Positions 8,319 to 17,708 of a stretch of 64,000 nt of DNA are shown in pieces. How positions within the stretch are numbered: position 1 is the first letter of the stretch; the number at the start of each line of letters is the position of its first letter. Source of the DNA: Hyphomicrobiales bacterium (lineage in GTDB: Bacteria; Pseudomonadota; Alphaproteobacteria; Rhizobiales; Hyphomicrobiaceae); NCBI GenBank assembly GCA_025353015.1, contig JANXRM010000218.1, positions 271-64,270 on the forward strand, given 5' to 3'. The translations under genes were made by a program, and so were the position numbers. The notes under the pieces are model-generated. The model had not been told where the DNA came from, ran no database searches, and worked only from the letters and a program-made list of their open reading frames with translations.

Positions 8319-9377
8319 TCACGGGACCACGACCGTCCGACCGACGATCTTGCCGGCCTTGAGCGCAGTCAACACCTGGCCCACGTCTGCGAGCGGGCGC
8401 TTGGCCACCGGCAACGCCGGCACCTTGCCGCTCTTGGCTAGGGACATCAGCTCGGCCATATCGACGAGGTTGCCGACATAGGATCCCATGATGGTTGCGT
8501 TTTTCAACGGGATCATCGGTACGGGTAAAGATGCCGAGCCGCCGAACAATCCCACCACGATCAGACGCCCACCCTTGCGGATCGCATTGAACCCGAACGT
8601 GAACGAGGCCGCGGCGCCGACGAAGTCGATCACAGCCGTAGCCCCACCGCCTGTTGCCCGAAACAACGCTTTCGCGGCATCCGCATTGGCCGGGTCGATC
8701 GTGTCCTTGGCGCCGGCAGCCTTGGCGGCCGCCCATTTCGACTGGTCGATATCAGCGACGATGGGCCTGACGCCACACACCGCCTCAGCCATGCGCACGC
8801 CGGACAGGCCGACGCCGCCGGCGCCGATAATGAGCAGCTCGCCGCCATTGCGCAGCGCTTCCTTGGCTTTTTTCAGGGCACCGAACGCCGTCAGTCCGGA
8901 GCAGGCGTACGTGCACGCCAACGCCTCGTCGATGCCGTCGAAACCGAAAACGTATTGCGGCCCCGGCACCAGCGCGTGCGTGGCGAAGCCGCCGTCTGTA
9001 TTGACGCCCATGGCTTTGGGCGCACTGCACAGGTGCTCATCGCCGGATGTACACGTGGGGCAGGCGCCGCAGCCGATCCACGGGAAGACGATGCGCCGGT
9101 CGCCGGGCGTGGCTTCGCCCGGCTTGACCGCGTCGCCGACCGCGATCACCTCGCCGACGATTTCATGGCCAAGCGTGCGCGGCAGGTTGAGCGGGCGCGC
9201 CATATCCACCTTGCGGCCGCCGCCGAGATCGAAATAGCCGTCGGCCAGATGCACGTCGCTGTGGCAGACGCCGCAGCCGGTGACGCGGATCAAGACCTCG
9301 CGCCCCCGAGGCACCGGCGTCGGATTGGTCTGGTGTTCAATCGGCTGTCCAAACGACGTCACGCGCCAGCTGTCCAT
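8319..9377 (-). CDS. Zinc-dependent alcohol dehydrogenase (MDR family)
   Basis: 352 aa. It has the GVCHSDVH zinc motif, a structural-zinc Cys cluster (CGACPTCTSGDEHLC) and a GAGGVG NAD-binding fold. Confidence 0.85.
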   Translation of the reverse strand: MDSWRVTSFGQPIEHQTNPTPVPRGREVLIRVTGCGVCHSDVHLADGYFDLGGGRKVDMARPLNLPRTLGHEIVGEVIAVGDAVKPGEATPGDRRIVFPWIGCGACPTCTSGDEHLCSAPKAMGVNTDGGFATHALVPGPQYVFGFDGIDEALACTYACSGLTAFGALKKAKEALRNGGELLIIGAGGVGLSGVRMAEAVCGVRPIVADIDQSKWAAAKAAGAKDTIDPANADAAKALFRATGGGATAVIDFVGAAASFTFGFNAIRKGGRLIVVGLFGGSASLPVPMIPLKNATIMGSYVGNLVDMAELMSLAKSGKVPALPVAKRPLADVGQVLTALKAGKIVGRTVVVP

Positions 9378-9464
9378 GGGGCTTATCTCCTTCGGGGAAA
9401 TTCAATCGTTACACCCAAGGTGCACGAGCCGCCGGTTGCGGGCAAGCCGGGCATCTACGTCGCG

Positions 9465-10007
9465 TCAGCGCCGCCGTTGCAGTGGATAAACCTCCTCCAC
9501 CACGTAGGGACCGCCGCCGGCATTGGGACGCGAGGAAAACAGCACGAACTGCTCGACGCGGAACGGCTCCAGTGCCAGCGGCGGGCGAGAGCCCAGAAAG
9601 TGCGCGACGACATCCGGCCGGGTGCCACGCAAGCGTGCCAGCGTGACGTGCGCCTTGAAGCTGCGCGGCTCCAAGGCAAGGCCCGCCGAACGCGCGGCGC
9701 GTTCCGTTGCCCGCTGCAGTGCGTCCAGGCGCTCGCCACCGTCGGCCACCGCGATAATGGCGCGGGGTTCGCGCCCGCCGAATGCGGCAATTTCGGTCAA
9801 CCGGACCTCGAGGGGCTCCTGCTCGATCTCGGCGAGGAAGCCGGCGAATTCCTCGGCGGTGCGGTTGTCGATATCGCCCGCGAACCGCAACGTCAGGTGC
9901 ATATCCTCGGGCTTGACCCATTTGGCGCCGGGCAGCGGGCTTTTGACCAGCGAGAGGCGCATCCGGTGTTGCTCGGGAATTTCCAGGCCGGCAAACAAGC
10001 GAAGCAT
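9465..10007 (-). CDS. thpR: RNA 2',3'-cyclic phosphodiesterase (2H phosphoesterase, LigT/ThpR)
   Basis: Trimmed to ATG 10007 (MLRLFAGLEIP...). It has two HxT motifs (HLTLRF and HVTLAR). Confidence 0.8.
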   Translation of the reverse strand: MLRLFAGLEIPEQHRMRLSLVKSPLPGAKWVKPEDMHLTLRFAGDIDNRTAEEFAGFLAEIEQEPLEVRLTEIAAFGGREPRAIIAVADGGERLDALQRATERAARSAGLALEPRSFKAHVTLARLRGTRPDVVAHFLGSRPPLALEPFRVEQFVLFSSRPNAGGGPYVVEEVYPLQRRR

Positions 10008-10092
10008 GGGCAAAAACCTTTCTGTCGACCGCGGACTGTTCCGCCGTCTGTCACTCAAGGGGGCACTCAAGCGGGGTACTCAAGCAGGCCAA

Positions 10093-10773
10093 TCAACCGC
10101 GCGGCGACGCCGAGGCCCGCGCCCGGACGCGCGCGATGAGTTCCTCGACCTTCGGGGCGATGCGCTGCGTGATGATTGCGATACCGTCGGCGGTCGGGTG
10201 CAGGCCATCGGCCAAATTCAGTTTCGGATCGAGCGCCACGCCTTCGAGAAAGAACGGATAAAGCAGCGTCCCGTGTTTGGCGGCCAACTCCGGGAAAATC
10301 GGGTCGAACGCTTTCGTGTAGTCTGGGCCGAGATTGCGGGGCGCCTGCATGCCTGCCAAAAGGATCTCGATATTGCGTTTCTTGAGCGACGTTATCATCG
10401 CCTCCAGGTTGCGGCGGGCCTCAGTGGGCGAGCTACCGCGCAGCGCATCGTTGGCGCCGAGCTCGAGGATCACGGCATCGGTGCCATCAGGGATCGACCA
10501 ATCCAACCGAGCGAGGCCGGCGGCGGTCGTATCGCCCGAGACGCCGGCGTTGGCGATTTCGGCTTTGACGCCGCGGGTTGCCAGCAGCTTGCCGAGTTGC
10601 TCCGGAAACCCTTGTCCAGGCTTCAGGCCGTAGCCAGCGGTCAGGCTGTCGCCGAACGCGACGATCCGGACCGTTTTTTCGGGACCCGCGGCCAGGCCAG
10701 TTCCTGCGATCGCGAGCCCGAGGATGTTGACGAGGATGGCGCGACGCACCATTTGGCCCAAAAGATAGCGCAT
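10093..10773 (-). CDS. tesA: SGNH/GDSL arylesterase (TesA-like), secreted
   Basis: GDSLTAGYG block I, GANDALR block III and a signal peptide. It lies divergent to a ybbA/ybbP-like ABC pair, as in E. coli tesA-ybbAP. Confidence 0.75.
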   Translation of the reverse strand: MRYLLGQMVRRAILVNILGLAIAGTGLAAGPEKTVRIVAFGDSLTAGYGLKPGQGFPEQLGKLLATRGVKAEIANAGVSGDTTAAGLARLDWSIPDGTDAVILELGANDALRGSSPTEARRNLEAMITSLKKRNIEILLAGMQAPRNLGPDYTKAFDPIFPELAAKHGTLLYPFFLEGVALDPKLNLADGLHPTADGIAIITQRIAPKVEELIARVRARASASPRG

Positions 10774-10784
10774 GAGTCATTATT

Positions 10785-10814
10785 CCCTAGTGATTCGGGC
10801 CCTAGTGATTCGGG
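10785..10814. repeat. Perfect 15-bp tandem duplication (ccctagtgattcggg x2) in a divergent promoter
   Basis: Read directly: ccctagtgattcggg at 10785-10799 and again at 10800-10814. Each copy contains CTAG and a GANTC (gattc) site. Confidence 0.85.
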
Positions 10815-10933
10815 TAGCATGACGGGCCGTATACTCCGGTGATCTTATCCGCACCCGTTCCGGAGACGCTACACTCGCGGACAAGTACGGCAGAGCGGCG
10901 GCAACGGTGGCTGGCAACGGTTCATAGCGGCCC

Positions 10934-11650
10934 ATGAAGCAGGCAGACGAGACGAAGCTTATGATAAAACTGGATAAAGTCTGCCTGACGCTGCGCAGCC
11001 GCGCTGGCGACGTGCCCATTCTCCGCGATATCGATCTCAGCATCGGTGACGCGGAAACGGTGGCGATCGTCGGCCCGAGCGGCTCCGGCAAGACGTCGCT
11101 GCTGATGATCATGGCCGGCCTCGAGCGGGCAACCAGCGGAAAAGTACTGGTGGCGGGGCAGGACTTCATGCAGCTCTCCGAGGACCAGTTGGCGCTGGCG
11201 CGGGGTGGGGCGATCGGCATCGTTTTCCAGTCGTTTCACCTGGTGCCAACCATGACGGCCTTAGAGAATGTCGCCTTGCCGTTGGAGTTTCAGGGCAAGC
11301 CCAACGCGTTCGAGGCCGCCGCCGCCCTCCTGTCCGAAGTTGGCCTCGATGCCCGCCAGCAGCATTTTCCGGCTCAACTCTCGGGCGGCGAGCAGCAACG
11401 GGTGGCTTTGGCCCGAGCTCTGGTGCCGAAGCCGCGGCTCCTTTTTGCGGACGAACCAACCGGCAACCTGGACGGCGCGACGGGCCGGCAGGTCGTCGAG
11501 CTGCTCTTCGGATTGGGTGCCCGGCGCCAAGCCACGCTGATCCTCGTCACACACGACGAAAGCCTCGCCAAACGCTGCCAGCGTATCGTGCGCATGGCTG
11601 ATGGTCGCATTGCGTCCGACAGCCGAGCGACGACCGGAGTTCCAGCATGA
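10934..11650 (+). CDS. ybbA: ABC transporter ATP-binding protein (YbbA/LolD-like)
   Basis: Walker A GPSGSGKTS, signature LSGGEQQRVA and Walker B LLFADEPTGNLD. Confidence 0.85.
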   Translation: MKQADETKLMIKLDKVCLTLRSRAGDVPILRDIDLSIGDAETVAIVGPSGSGKTSLLMIMAGLERATSGKVLVAGQDFMQLSEDQLALARGGAIGIVFQSFHLVPTMTALENVALPLEFQGKPNAFEAAAALLSEVGLDARQQHFPAQLSGGEQQRVALARALVPKPRLLFADEPTGNLDGATGRQVVELLFGLGARRQATLILVTHDESLAKRCQRIVRMADGRIASDSRATTGVPA

Positions 11651-11680
11651 CGGGAGTACTTTCATGACGGGAGCACTGGC

Positions 11681-14275
11681 ATGACCTTCGAGGCAACGGC
11701 GCCGCTGACGGCGCAACCGTCGTCCCCGTTCGGCCGGCATACGGTTGTTCTCGGCCTGGCGCTGCGCGAGCTCAGGGGGGGGCTCAGCGGCTTTTATGTC
11801 TTCATCGCGTGCGTTGCGCTTGGCGTCGCAGTCATCGCCGGCGTTGGCGCCTTGTCGGATGCGTTGCGCGCCGGCTTCGAGAAGCAGGGCGAGGCCCTGC
11901 TCGGCGGTGACGTCACGCTGGCCCGGTCGCATCGTCGAGTCGAGGCGGTGGAGCTGGCTTGGCTCAACGAACGTGCCCGCGTTTCGGAAACCGCGACGCT
12001 CCGCGCCATGGGGCGCCGGCTCGATGGGGCGGAGCAGGTTTTGGTCGAGTTAAAAGGCGTCGACCGCGCCTATCCGCTGGCTGGCGTGTTAACGTTGAAA
12101 CTTGCGGGGAAATCTGCAGGCCTGGCGGTTGATGCGGCGCTGGCGGGTGACGGCATCGCGGTCGATGAGATCCTGTTGGAGCGCCTGCAACTGAAGCTCG
12201 GCGACCGGATGGCGCTCGGCAAACGCGAAGTCCAGATCCGCGCCATCGTCGATAATGAGCCAGACAAGATCACCGACCGGCTGACGTTCGGCCCGCGCGT
12301 CTTCACGAGCCTTGCCACTCTGGAAGCGACGGGCCTGGCGGAACCGGGCAGCCTCGTTCGATGGCGCTACGCCATGAAGCTCAAGGATTCGGCCGGCGAA
12401 AAAGGCCTGATTTCATTCCGGGACGCTGCAAAGGCGCAGATGCCCGATGCCGGTTTTACGATCTCTGATCGTCGCGATCCTGCTCCCCAGGTCACCAAGA
12501 CGCTGGAGCGTCTCCGCCAGTTCCTGACGCTCATCGGCCTGACGTCGCTGCTGGTTGGCGGCGTCGGCGTCGCCAATGCCGTCGCCACCTATATCGACCG
12601 CCGCCGTAAGGTGATCGCGACCTTCAAGAGCCTCGGCGCCTCGAGCCGCCAGATTTTCGTGTTGCATTTGGCGCAGGTGCTGCTGATCGCCGGTATCGGC
12701 ATCGCCATTGGCCTTTGCGTCGGCCTGCTGCTGCCTTTCGCGCTCGATGCGGCAATCGGTGAGGCGCTGCCGATCCGGGCTGAATTTGCGATCCGCCCGG
12801 TGACACTCGGTATAGCGACCGCCTACGGCCTGCTCGTGGCTCTATTGTTCACGCTCTGGCCGCTTGGCCGGGCGGAGCAAGTGCGCGCCGGCGTTCTTTT
12901 TCGTGAAGAAGTGGCGCCCGAGCCCGCATTGCCGCGCACTGGCATTATCGTTGCGACTGCGGCCGTCGCTCTTGCCATTCTGCTGTTGGCGCTTGCAACG
13001 TCGGACTCACAAAAGCTGGCCTTCTATTTCTGCGTGGGGCTTGCCGGTGTCTTCGCCGTGTTTCACGGGCTCGGGTCGGCGGTTGGCGCGATTTCCCGGC
13101 GCTTGCCGCGCCCACACCGGCCTGAGTTTGCCTTGGCGATTGCCAGTCTTGGCGCACCTGGCGGCCTGACGCGCTCCGTCGTTCTTTCGCTTGGCTCGGG
13201 TCTTTCGTTGCTGGTCGCCGTTGCTCTCTGTGATGCCTCGATCGTCGACGAACTGCAAAGCCGGCTACCGAAGAATTCGCCGAACTTCTTCGTCCTCGAT
13301 ATTCCAAAGTCCGACATCGACGGCTTTATGGCACTCGTCAGGCGTGAACGGCCGGAGGCGCACATCAATCAGGCGCCGATGCTGCGCGGGCGCATCGTCC
13401 GCCTCAAAGACAAGTCGGTCGATGACATGAAGGTTCCGCCGCAGGCCCAGTGGGTGCTGAACGGCGATCGCGGCCTGACCTATGCCGACGAGGTGCCGGA
13501 GGGCTCGAAACTGACCAAAGGAGCCTGGTGGGCCAAGGATTACACGGGTGAGCCGCTGGTCTCCTTCGAGGGAGAGCTGGCGAAGTTGCTGGGGATCGGC
13601 ATCGGCGACACCGTCACCGTCAACGTGCTTGGTCGCAATATCACGGCGCGTATCGCCAACATGCGGGAGGTCCATTGGGAAAGCCTCGCCATCAATTTCG
13701 TCATGGTGCTTTCGCCGAATGCGCTGATAGGAGCGCCGCATAACCTGATGGCCACCGTTGCCTTGCCGAAAGACGTCGGGCTGGCCCAAGAGGCCAATTT
13801 GGCCCGAAGCATCGGCAAGGCGTATCCTGCAGTCACGGCCATCCGCGTCAAGGACGCTATCAACTCGTTCAATTCGGTGTTCGTCAAAATCATGCACGCC
13901 GTCAGGGCCGCAGGCAGCATCACGCTTTTGGCTGGAGGCCTTGTTCTTGCGGGGGCTCTGGCGACGGCGCAGCGGCGGCGGATCAAGCAGGCCGTCATCA
14001 TCAAGGTTCTCGGCGGAACGCGCGCCCGCATTCTCTCCATGCATGCCGTCGAATACGTGATCCTCGCTGGCGTGACTGCGGCGGTTGCTTTGGTGATCGG
14101 CAGCATCGCGGCTTATGCAACGCTTACGCGCGTCATGGACGTACCTTTTACGTTCTCTTGGGTTGCCGTCGCCCAGGCGATCGCCATATCGCTCGGCCTT
14201 GTCGTCATTCTTGGGGGACTGGGCACTTGGCGGGTTTTGGCGGCGCCGTCAGTGCCGCATTTGAGGACTGAGTAA
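11681..14275 (+). CDS. ybbP: FtsX-like ABC transporter permease, duplicated architecture (YbbP-like)
   Basis: 864 aa with two FtsX-type 4-TM permease modules, immediately downstream of the ATPase. Confidence 0.85.
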   Translation: MTFEATAPLTAQPSSPFGRHTVVLGLALRELRGGLSGFYVFIACVALGVAVIAGVGALSDALRAGFEKQGEALLGGDVTLARSHRRVEAVELAWLNERARVSETATLRAMGRRLDGAEQVLVELKGVDRAYPLAGVLTLKLAGKSAGLAVDAALAGDGIAVDEILLERLQLKLGDRMALGKREVQIRAIVDNEPDKITDRLTFGPRVFTSLATLEATGLAEPGSLVRWRYAMKLKDSAGEKGLISFRDAAKAQMPDAGFTISDRRDPAPQVTKTLERLRQFLTLIGLTSLLVGGVGVANAVATYIDRRRKVIATFKSLGASSRQIFVLHLAQVLLIAGIGIAIGLCVGLLLPFALDAAIGEALPIRAEFAIRPVTLGIATAYGLLVALLFTLWPLGRAEQVRAGVLFREEVAPEPALPRTGIIVATAAVALAILLLALATSDSQKLAFYFCVGLAGVFAVFHGLGSAVGAISRRLPRPHRPEFALAIASLGAPGGLTRSVVLSLGSGLSLLVAVALCDASIVDELQSRLPKNSPNFFVLDIPKSDIDGFMALVRRERPEAHINQAPMLRGRIVRLKDKSVDDMKVPPQAQWVLNGDRGLTYADEVPEGSKLTKGAWWAKDYTGEPLVSFEGELAKLLGIGIGDTVTVNVLGRNITARIANMREVHWESLAINFVMVLSPNALIGAPHNLMATVALPKDVGLAQEANLARSIGKAYPAVTAIRVKDAINSFNSVFVKIMHAVRAAGSITLLAGGLVLAGALATAQRRRIKQAVIIKVLGGTRARILSMHAVEYVILAGVTAAVALVIGSIAAYATLTRVMDVPFTFSWVAVAQAIAISLGLVVILGGLGTWRVLAAPSVPHLRTE

Positions 14276-14481
14276 CCAGTCTCTCCAAGAATTCATCTTC
14301 GCAGGCCATTTTGGTGTCAGGCGTCTGCAAGGAACACCTTGAAAGTAACACCAACTCAATCCATATTGCCTGCGCAGTGCGACCGCTTCGCATCGTCACA
14401 TGGTTGGCGTCCGATGTCAGGCGTCGCATGTTCGGCTTCTGAATGAGGCTCGCTTCCAAGAGAGGCACATAGGGAACCCCA

Positions 14482-15249
14482 ATGGCACAATTTCTACCGC
14501 ATAATACCCAGGCTCCGTCGGCTGGTGGTGCAAGTCGGGCGAATGTCGATGAAGGTCTCCGGTCGTACATGCTGCGCGTGTACAACTACATGGGCCTCGG
14601 CGTCGCCTTTACGGCTGTCGTGACGTTGTTCCTCATGAGCAACCCGGCGATTATGAAAACCGTTGCGCTCGGTCCCATGAAGTGGGTGCTGTTCGCCGGT
14701 ATCCTCGGTCTCGGCTGGTTCGCTCAGAAGGTCATCTATTCCGGCAATACGGTCGTCGCACACGGCGCCTATTGGCTCTACTGCGCCATGTGGGGCGCGC
14801 TCATCTCGCCCATGGTGTTCGCCTTCTTCGGCAGCGGCAAAGGCCATCTGGTGTTCCAGGCTCTGGGCATCACGGCCGTGACTTTCGGCGGCATGAGCCT
14901 CCTCGGCTACACCACCAAGCGTGACATGACCGGCTGGAGCGGCTTCTTCTCGATGGCCTGCATCGGCCTGATCGTGATCTCGCTGGCCAGCTTCTTCTTC
15001 ATCACCGATCCCGGCACCAGCAAGACCTTCAGTCTGGTCATCTCGTGCGTCGTCGTGCTGCTGTTTGCAGCCATGACCGCTTGGGAAACCCAGCAGATCA
15101 AGGACATGTACCTCAGCGCCGCCAGCTACGGTGGTGATCAGAACTTCATCGCTCGCTCGGCCATCTTCGGAGCCTTCATGCTCTATGGAACGTTCGTGTC
15201 GATGTTCAACAACATCCTGAACATTCTCGGGATCACGAATAGCGACTGA
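14482..15249 (+). CDS. Bax inhibitor-1/YccA family membrane protein
   Basis: 255 aa with 7 predicted TM segments, an N-terminal ...LRSYMLRVYNYMGLG motif and the C-terminal FVSMFNNILNILG typical of BI-1/YccA. Confidence 0.85.
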   Translation: MAQFLPHNTQAPSAGGASRANVDEGLRSYMLRVYNYMGLGVAFTAVVTLFLMSNPAIMKTVALGPMKWVLFAGILGLGWFAQKVIYSGNTVVAHGAYWLYCAMWGALISPMVFAFFGSGKGHLVFQALGITAVTFGGMSLLGYTTKRDMTGWSGFFSMACIGLIVISLASFFFITDPGTSKTFSLVISCVVVLLFAAMTAWETQQIKDMYLSAASYGGDQNFIARSAIFGAFMLYGTFVSMFNNILNILGITNSD

Positions 15250-15481
15250 TCACTTGGTCGATATATTAACCGAAAGGGCGTCGCTGACCGACAGTGGGGC
15301 CCTTTTGTATTTCAAGCCGCGGACTGTGGTCGGTGCCTTGCGCGGACAGCTGGATTTGGCTAAGAGGTCTATGTGGGGCAAACGCAGCCGCCCCTCTAGG
15401 CGACGCGCCCTTTAGGCATTGCCCAAGCGCTGCTCCGATGCTCGCTCCGGGACCGGTGCGACATAAAACGGAGCATAGGCC

Positions 15482-16318
15482 ATGGGTAGCTTCACGATTT
15501 CTCCGAGCGATCTTTACGCCACGTTGGGCCGACCGAATATGGGCAGCTCGGGCGCGCCGACGATCCTCGATGTTTGCAAATGCGAAGACTACGACGTCGA
15601 GCCGCAACTCATTCCCGGCGCGCGTTGGCGCGACCATCAGCTGGCCGCCCAATGGGTCCATGAAATTCCGCGCGGGCAGCGGGTCGTTACGGTCTGCGTG
15701 CGCGGCAAGAAAGTGTCGCAAGCCGCGGCTGCCGAACTCCGGTTGCTCGGCGTTGATGCCGCCGCGCTGATTGGTGGCATGGAGGCTTGGAAAGCTGCCG
15801 GTTTGCCAACGGTGGCCAAGCGCCTCGGCATCGGCAATCGCGATGGCCGCGCGTCGCGCTGGGTGACGCGCATCCTGCCCAAGATCGATCGCATCGCCTG
15901 CCCCTGGCTGATCACGCGGTTCCTCGATCCAGCCGCGCGCTTCTTTTATGTAGAGCCCGCCCACGTCATCGAGTCCGCGAAGGAACTCAGCGCCATTCCC
16001 TATGACGTCGACGGTGTCGAACTGACCCACCGTGGCGAGCGCGACAGCTTCGACGCCATCCTGGAAGACTTCGGCCTGAAGGATGCGGCCCTCGAGCGGC
16101 TCGCTACGATCGTGCGTGGCGCCGACACCGCCCGTCTCGATCTGGCGCCTGAGGCCGCTGGCCTGCTCGCCATATCGCTTGGCATCTCGCACCAGTCCGG
16201 CCCCGAGGATCACGAGGCCTTGGAGCGCGGCTTCCAGGTTTATGACGCGCTGTACGCCTGGGCACGCTACGCTGCCGGCGAAACGCACAACTGGCCTGCC
16301 ACAAAGCTGAAGGCATAA
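15482..16318 (+). CDS. Rhodanese-like domain fused to a chromate-resistance (ChrB C-terminal/Chrome_Resist) domain
   Basis: N-terminal roughly 110 aa has a rhodanese pattern (VVTVCVRGKKVS loop). The C-terminal RWVTR..PKIDRIACPWLITRF...VELTH is typical of ChrB-type proteins. It is directly upstream of chrA. Confidence 0.7.
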   Translation: MGSFTISPSDLYATLGRPNMGSSGAPTILDVCKCEDYDVEPQLIPGARWRDHQLAAQWVHEIPRGQRVVTVCVRGKKVSQAAAAELRLLGVDAAALIGGMEAWKAAGLPTVAKRLGIGNRDGRASRWVTRILPKIDRIACPWLITRFLDPAARFFYVEPAHVIESAKELSAIPYDVDGVELTHRGERDSFDAILEDFGLKDAALERLATIVRGADTARLDLAPEAAGLLAISLGISHQSGPEDHEALERGFQVYDALYAWARYAAGETHNWPATKLKA

Positions 16319-16357
16319 GCTGCCAAGCAAGTGCGACGGGGAACGGGGACATTGCGA

Positions 16358-17692
16358 ATGCAGAATACGAAAGCACCAACTGACGCTGCGGATATCGCTG
16401 TTGCGCCGACGCCGACATACGCCGAAGCCTTCGGCGTCTGGCTCAAGATTGGCCTGTTGTCGTTCGGCGGGCCGGCCGGTCAGATCGCGCTCATGCACAA
16501 AATGCTTGTCGACGAGCGCCGTTGGATCGACGAGCAGCGCTTCCTGAATGCGCTGAATTTCTGCATGCTGCTGCCGGGGCCGGAAGCCATGCAGCTCGCG
16601 ACCTACGTCGGCTGGCGTATGCACGGGCTGAAAGGTGGCCTCACCGCCGGGCTGCTGTTCGTGCTGCCCGGTGCTGCAATGATGCTCGGGCTCTCCATGC
16701 TCTATGCCGCCTTCGGTAAGCTGCCCATCTCGGAAGCCTTACTGACGGGTGTCAAGGCCGCCGTCCTGGCGGTCGTCGTCGAGGCGCTCATGCGCATCGC
16801 CAAGCGGGCGCTGAAAGGCAACGCCGACTGGCTCATGGCGGCAGCTGCCTTCGTCGCGATCTATCTCTTCGCCGTGCCGTTCCCAGTCATCGTCCTCGTG
16901 GCTGCTTTGATCGGTTATTGGCGTGGAATGGGTACATCTGCCAAGGCGCCGGCCGTTGCAACAGCTCCGGTTTCGTTCGCTTCAACGCTTGCCACCACGG
17001 GTATCTGGCTCGCGATCTGGGTGTTGCCGCTGCTGGCCATCGCGGTGCTTTTCGGCCGCGCGCACGTGCTCACGGACATCGGCATCTTCTTTTCAAAGCT
17101 GGCCGTCGTCACCTTCGGCGGTGCTTACGCCGTGCTAGCCTACATGCGCGAAGCGGTGCCCAGCCAGTTCGGCTGGCTTTCGAAGCTCGAGATGGTCGAT
17201 GCGCTGGGCCTCGCTGAAACCACGCCCGGACCGTTGATCCTGGTCACACAGTTCGTCGGCTTTCTCGGTGCCATGCGCAAAGGCGGTGGCGATCCCTATC
17301 TCATGGGAACGCTCGGGGCGATCGTCACGCTTTGGGCCACCTTCGCGCCGTGCTTCCTGTGGATCTTTGTCGGCGCGCCCTACATCGAGCAGCTGAATGC
17401 CAATCCGCGCTTGAAGGCCGCGTTGGCGGGCGTCACCGCGGCTGTCGTCGGCGTCATCCTCAACCTGACTGTCACGTTCGCGATCGACGTGCTGTCGCCG
17501 AAATCCGTCGAACGTTGGTTTGGCCCGCTGAAGCTCTATCTCCCAGATCTTGCATCGCTGCATTGGTTTGCGGCAGCACTCTCGGCCGTCGCTATTGCCA
17601 TGACGTTCAAGCTCCACCGCAACATCATCGAGACACTGGCGGTGTGCGGCGGACTGGCGCTAGCGGCGCATTTCGCGGGGATTGCCGTTTAG
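16358..17692 (+). CDS. chrA: Chromate ion transporter (CHR family)
   Basis: Trimmed to ATG 16358. It has duplicated CHR domains with FGGPAGQIALMH and TFGGAYAVLAYM motifs. Confidence 0.85.
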   Translation: MQNTKAPTDAADIAVAPTPTYAEAFGVWLKIGLLSFGGPAGQIALMHKMLVDERRWIDEQRFLNALNFCMLLPGPEAMQLATYVGWRMHGLKGGLTAGLLFVLPGAAMMLGLSMLYAAFGKLPISEALLTGVKAAVLAVVVEALMRIAKRALKGNADWLMAAAAFVAIYLFAVPFPVIVLVAALIGYWRGMGTSAKAPAVATAPVSFASTLATTGIWLAIWVLPLLAIAVLFGRAHVLTDIGIFFSKLAVVTFGGAYAVLAYMREAVPSQFGWLSKLEMVDALGLAETTPGPLILVTQFVGFLGAMRKGGGDPYLMGTLGAIVTLWATFAPCFLWIFVGAPYIEQLNANPRLKAALAGVTAAVVGVILNLTVTFAIDVLSPKSVERWFGPLKLYLPDLASLHWFAAALSAVAIAMTFKLHRNIIETLAVCGGLALAAHFAGIAV

Positions 17693-17708
17693 CCAGGCCT
17701 GAGAGGTA

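Noticed and set aside
8173-8736. N-terminal 188-aa extension of the degP ORF in the track (start at 8736).
   Set aside because: The extension reads through a REP-type palindrome (giving IPAKAGTH/VPAFAGIT peptides) and overlaps the 3' end of the alcohol dehydrogenase gene. A signal peptide begins at the Met at 8172.
7411-10842. Long plus-strand ORFs (7411..8481, 8955..10139, 9523..10842) antisense to degP, the alcohol dehydrogenase, thpR and tesA.
   Set aside because: They have Arg/Ala/Gly/Pro-rich, non-protein-like composition. They overlap well-supported genes completely, as is typical of high-GC antisense artefacts. The same reasoning applies to 15266..16624(-), 21104..21988(-), 25876..26814(+), 26811..28010(+), 34140..35636(+), 42832..43764(+), 48779..49825(-), 57779..58717(-) and 62091..63308(+).
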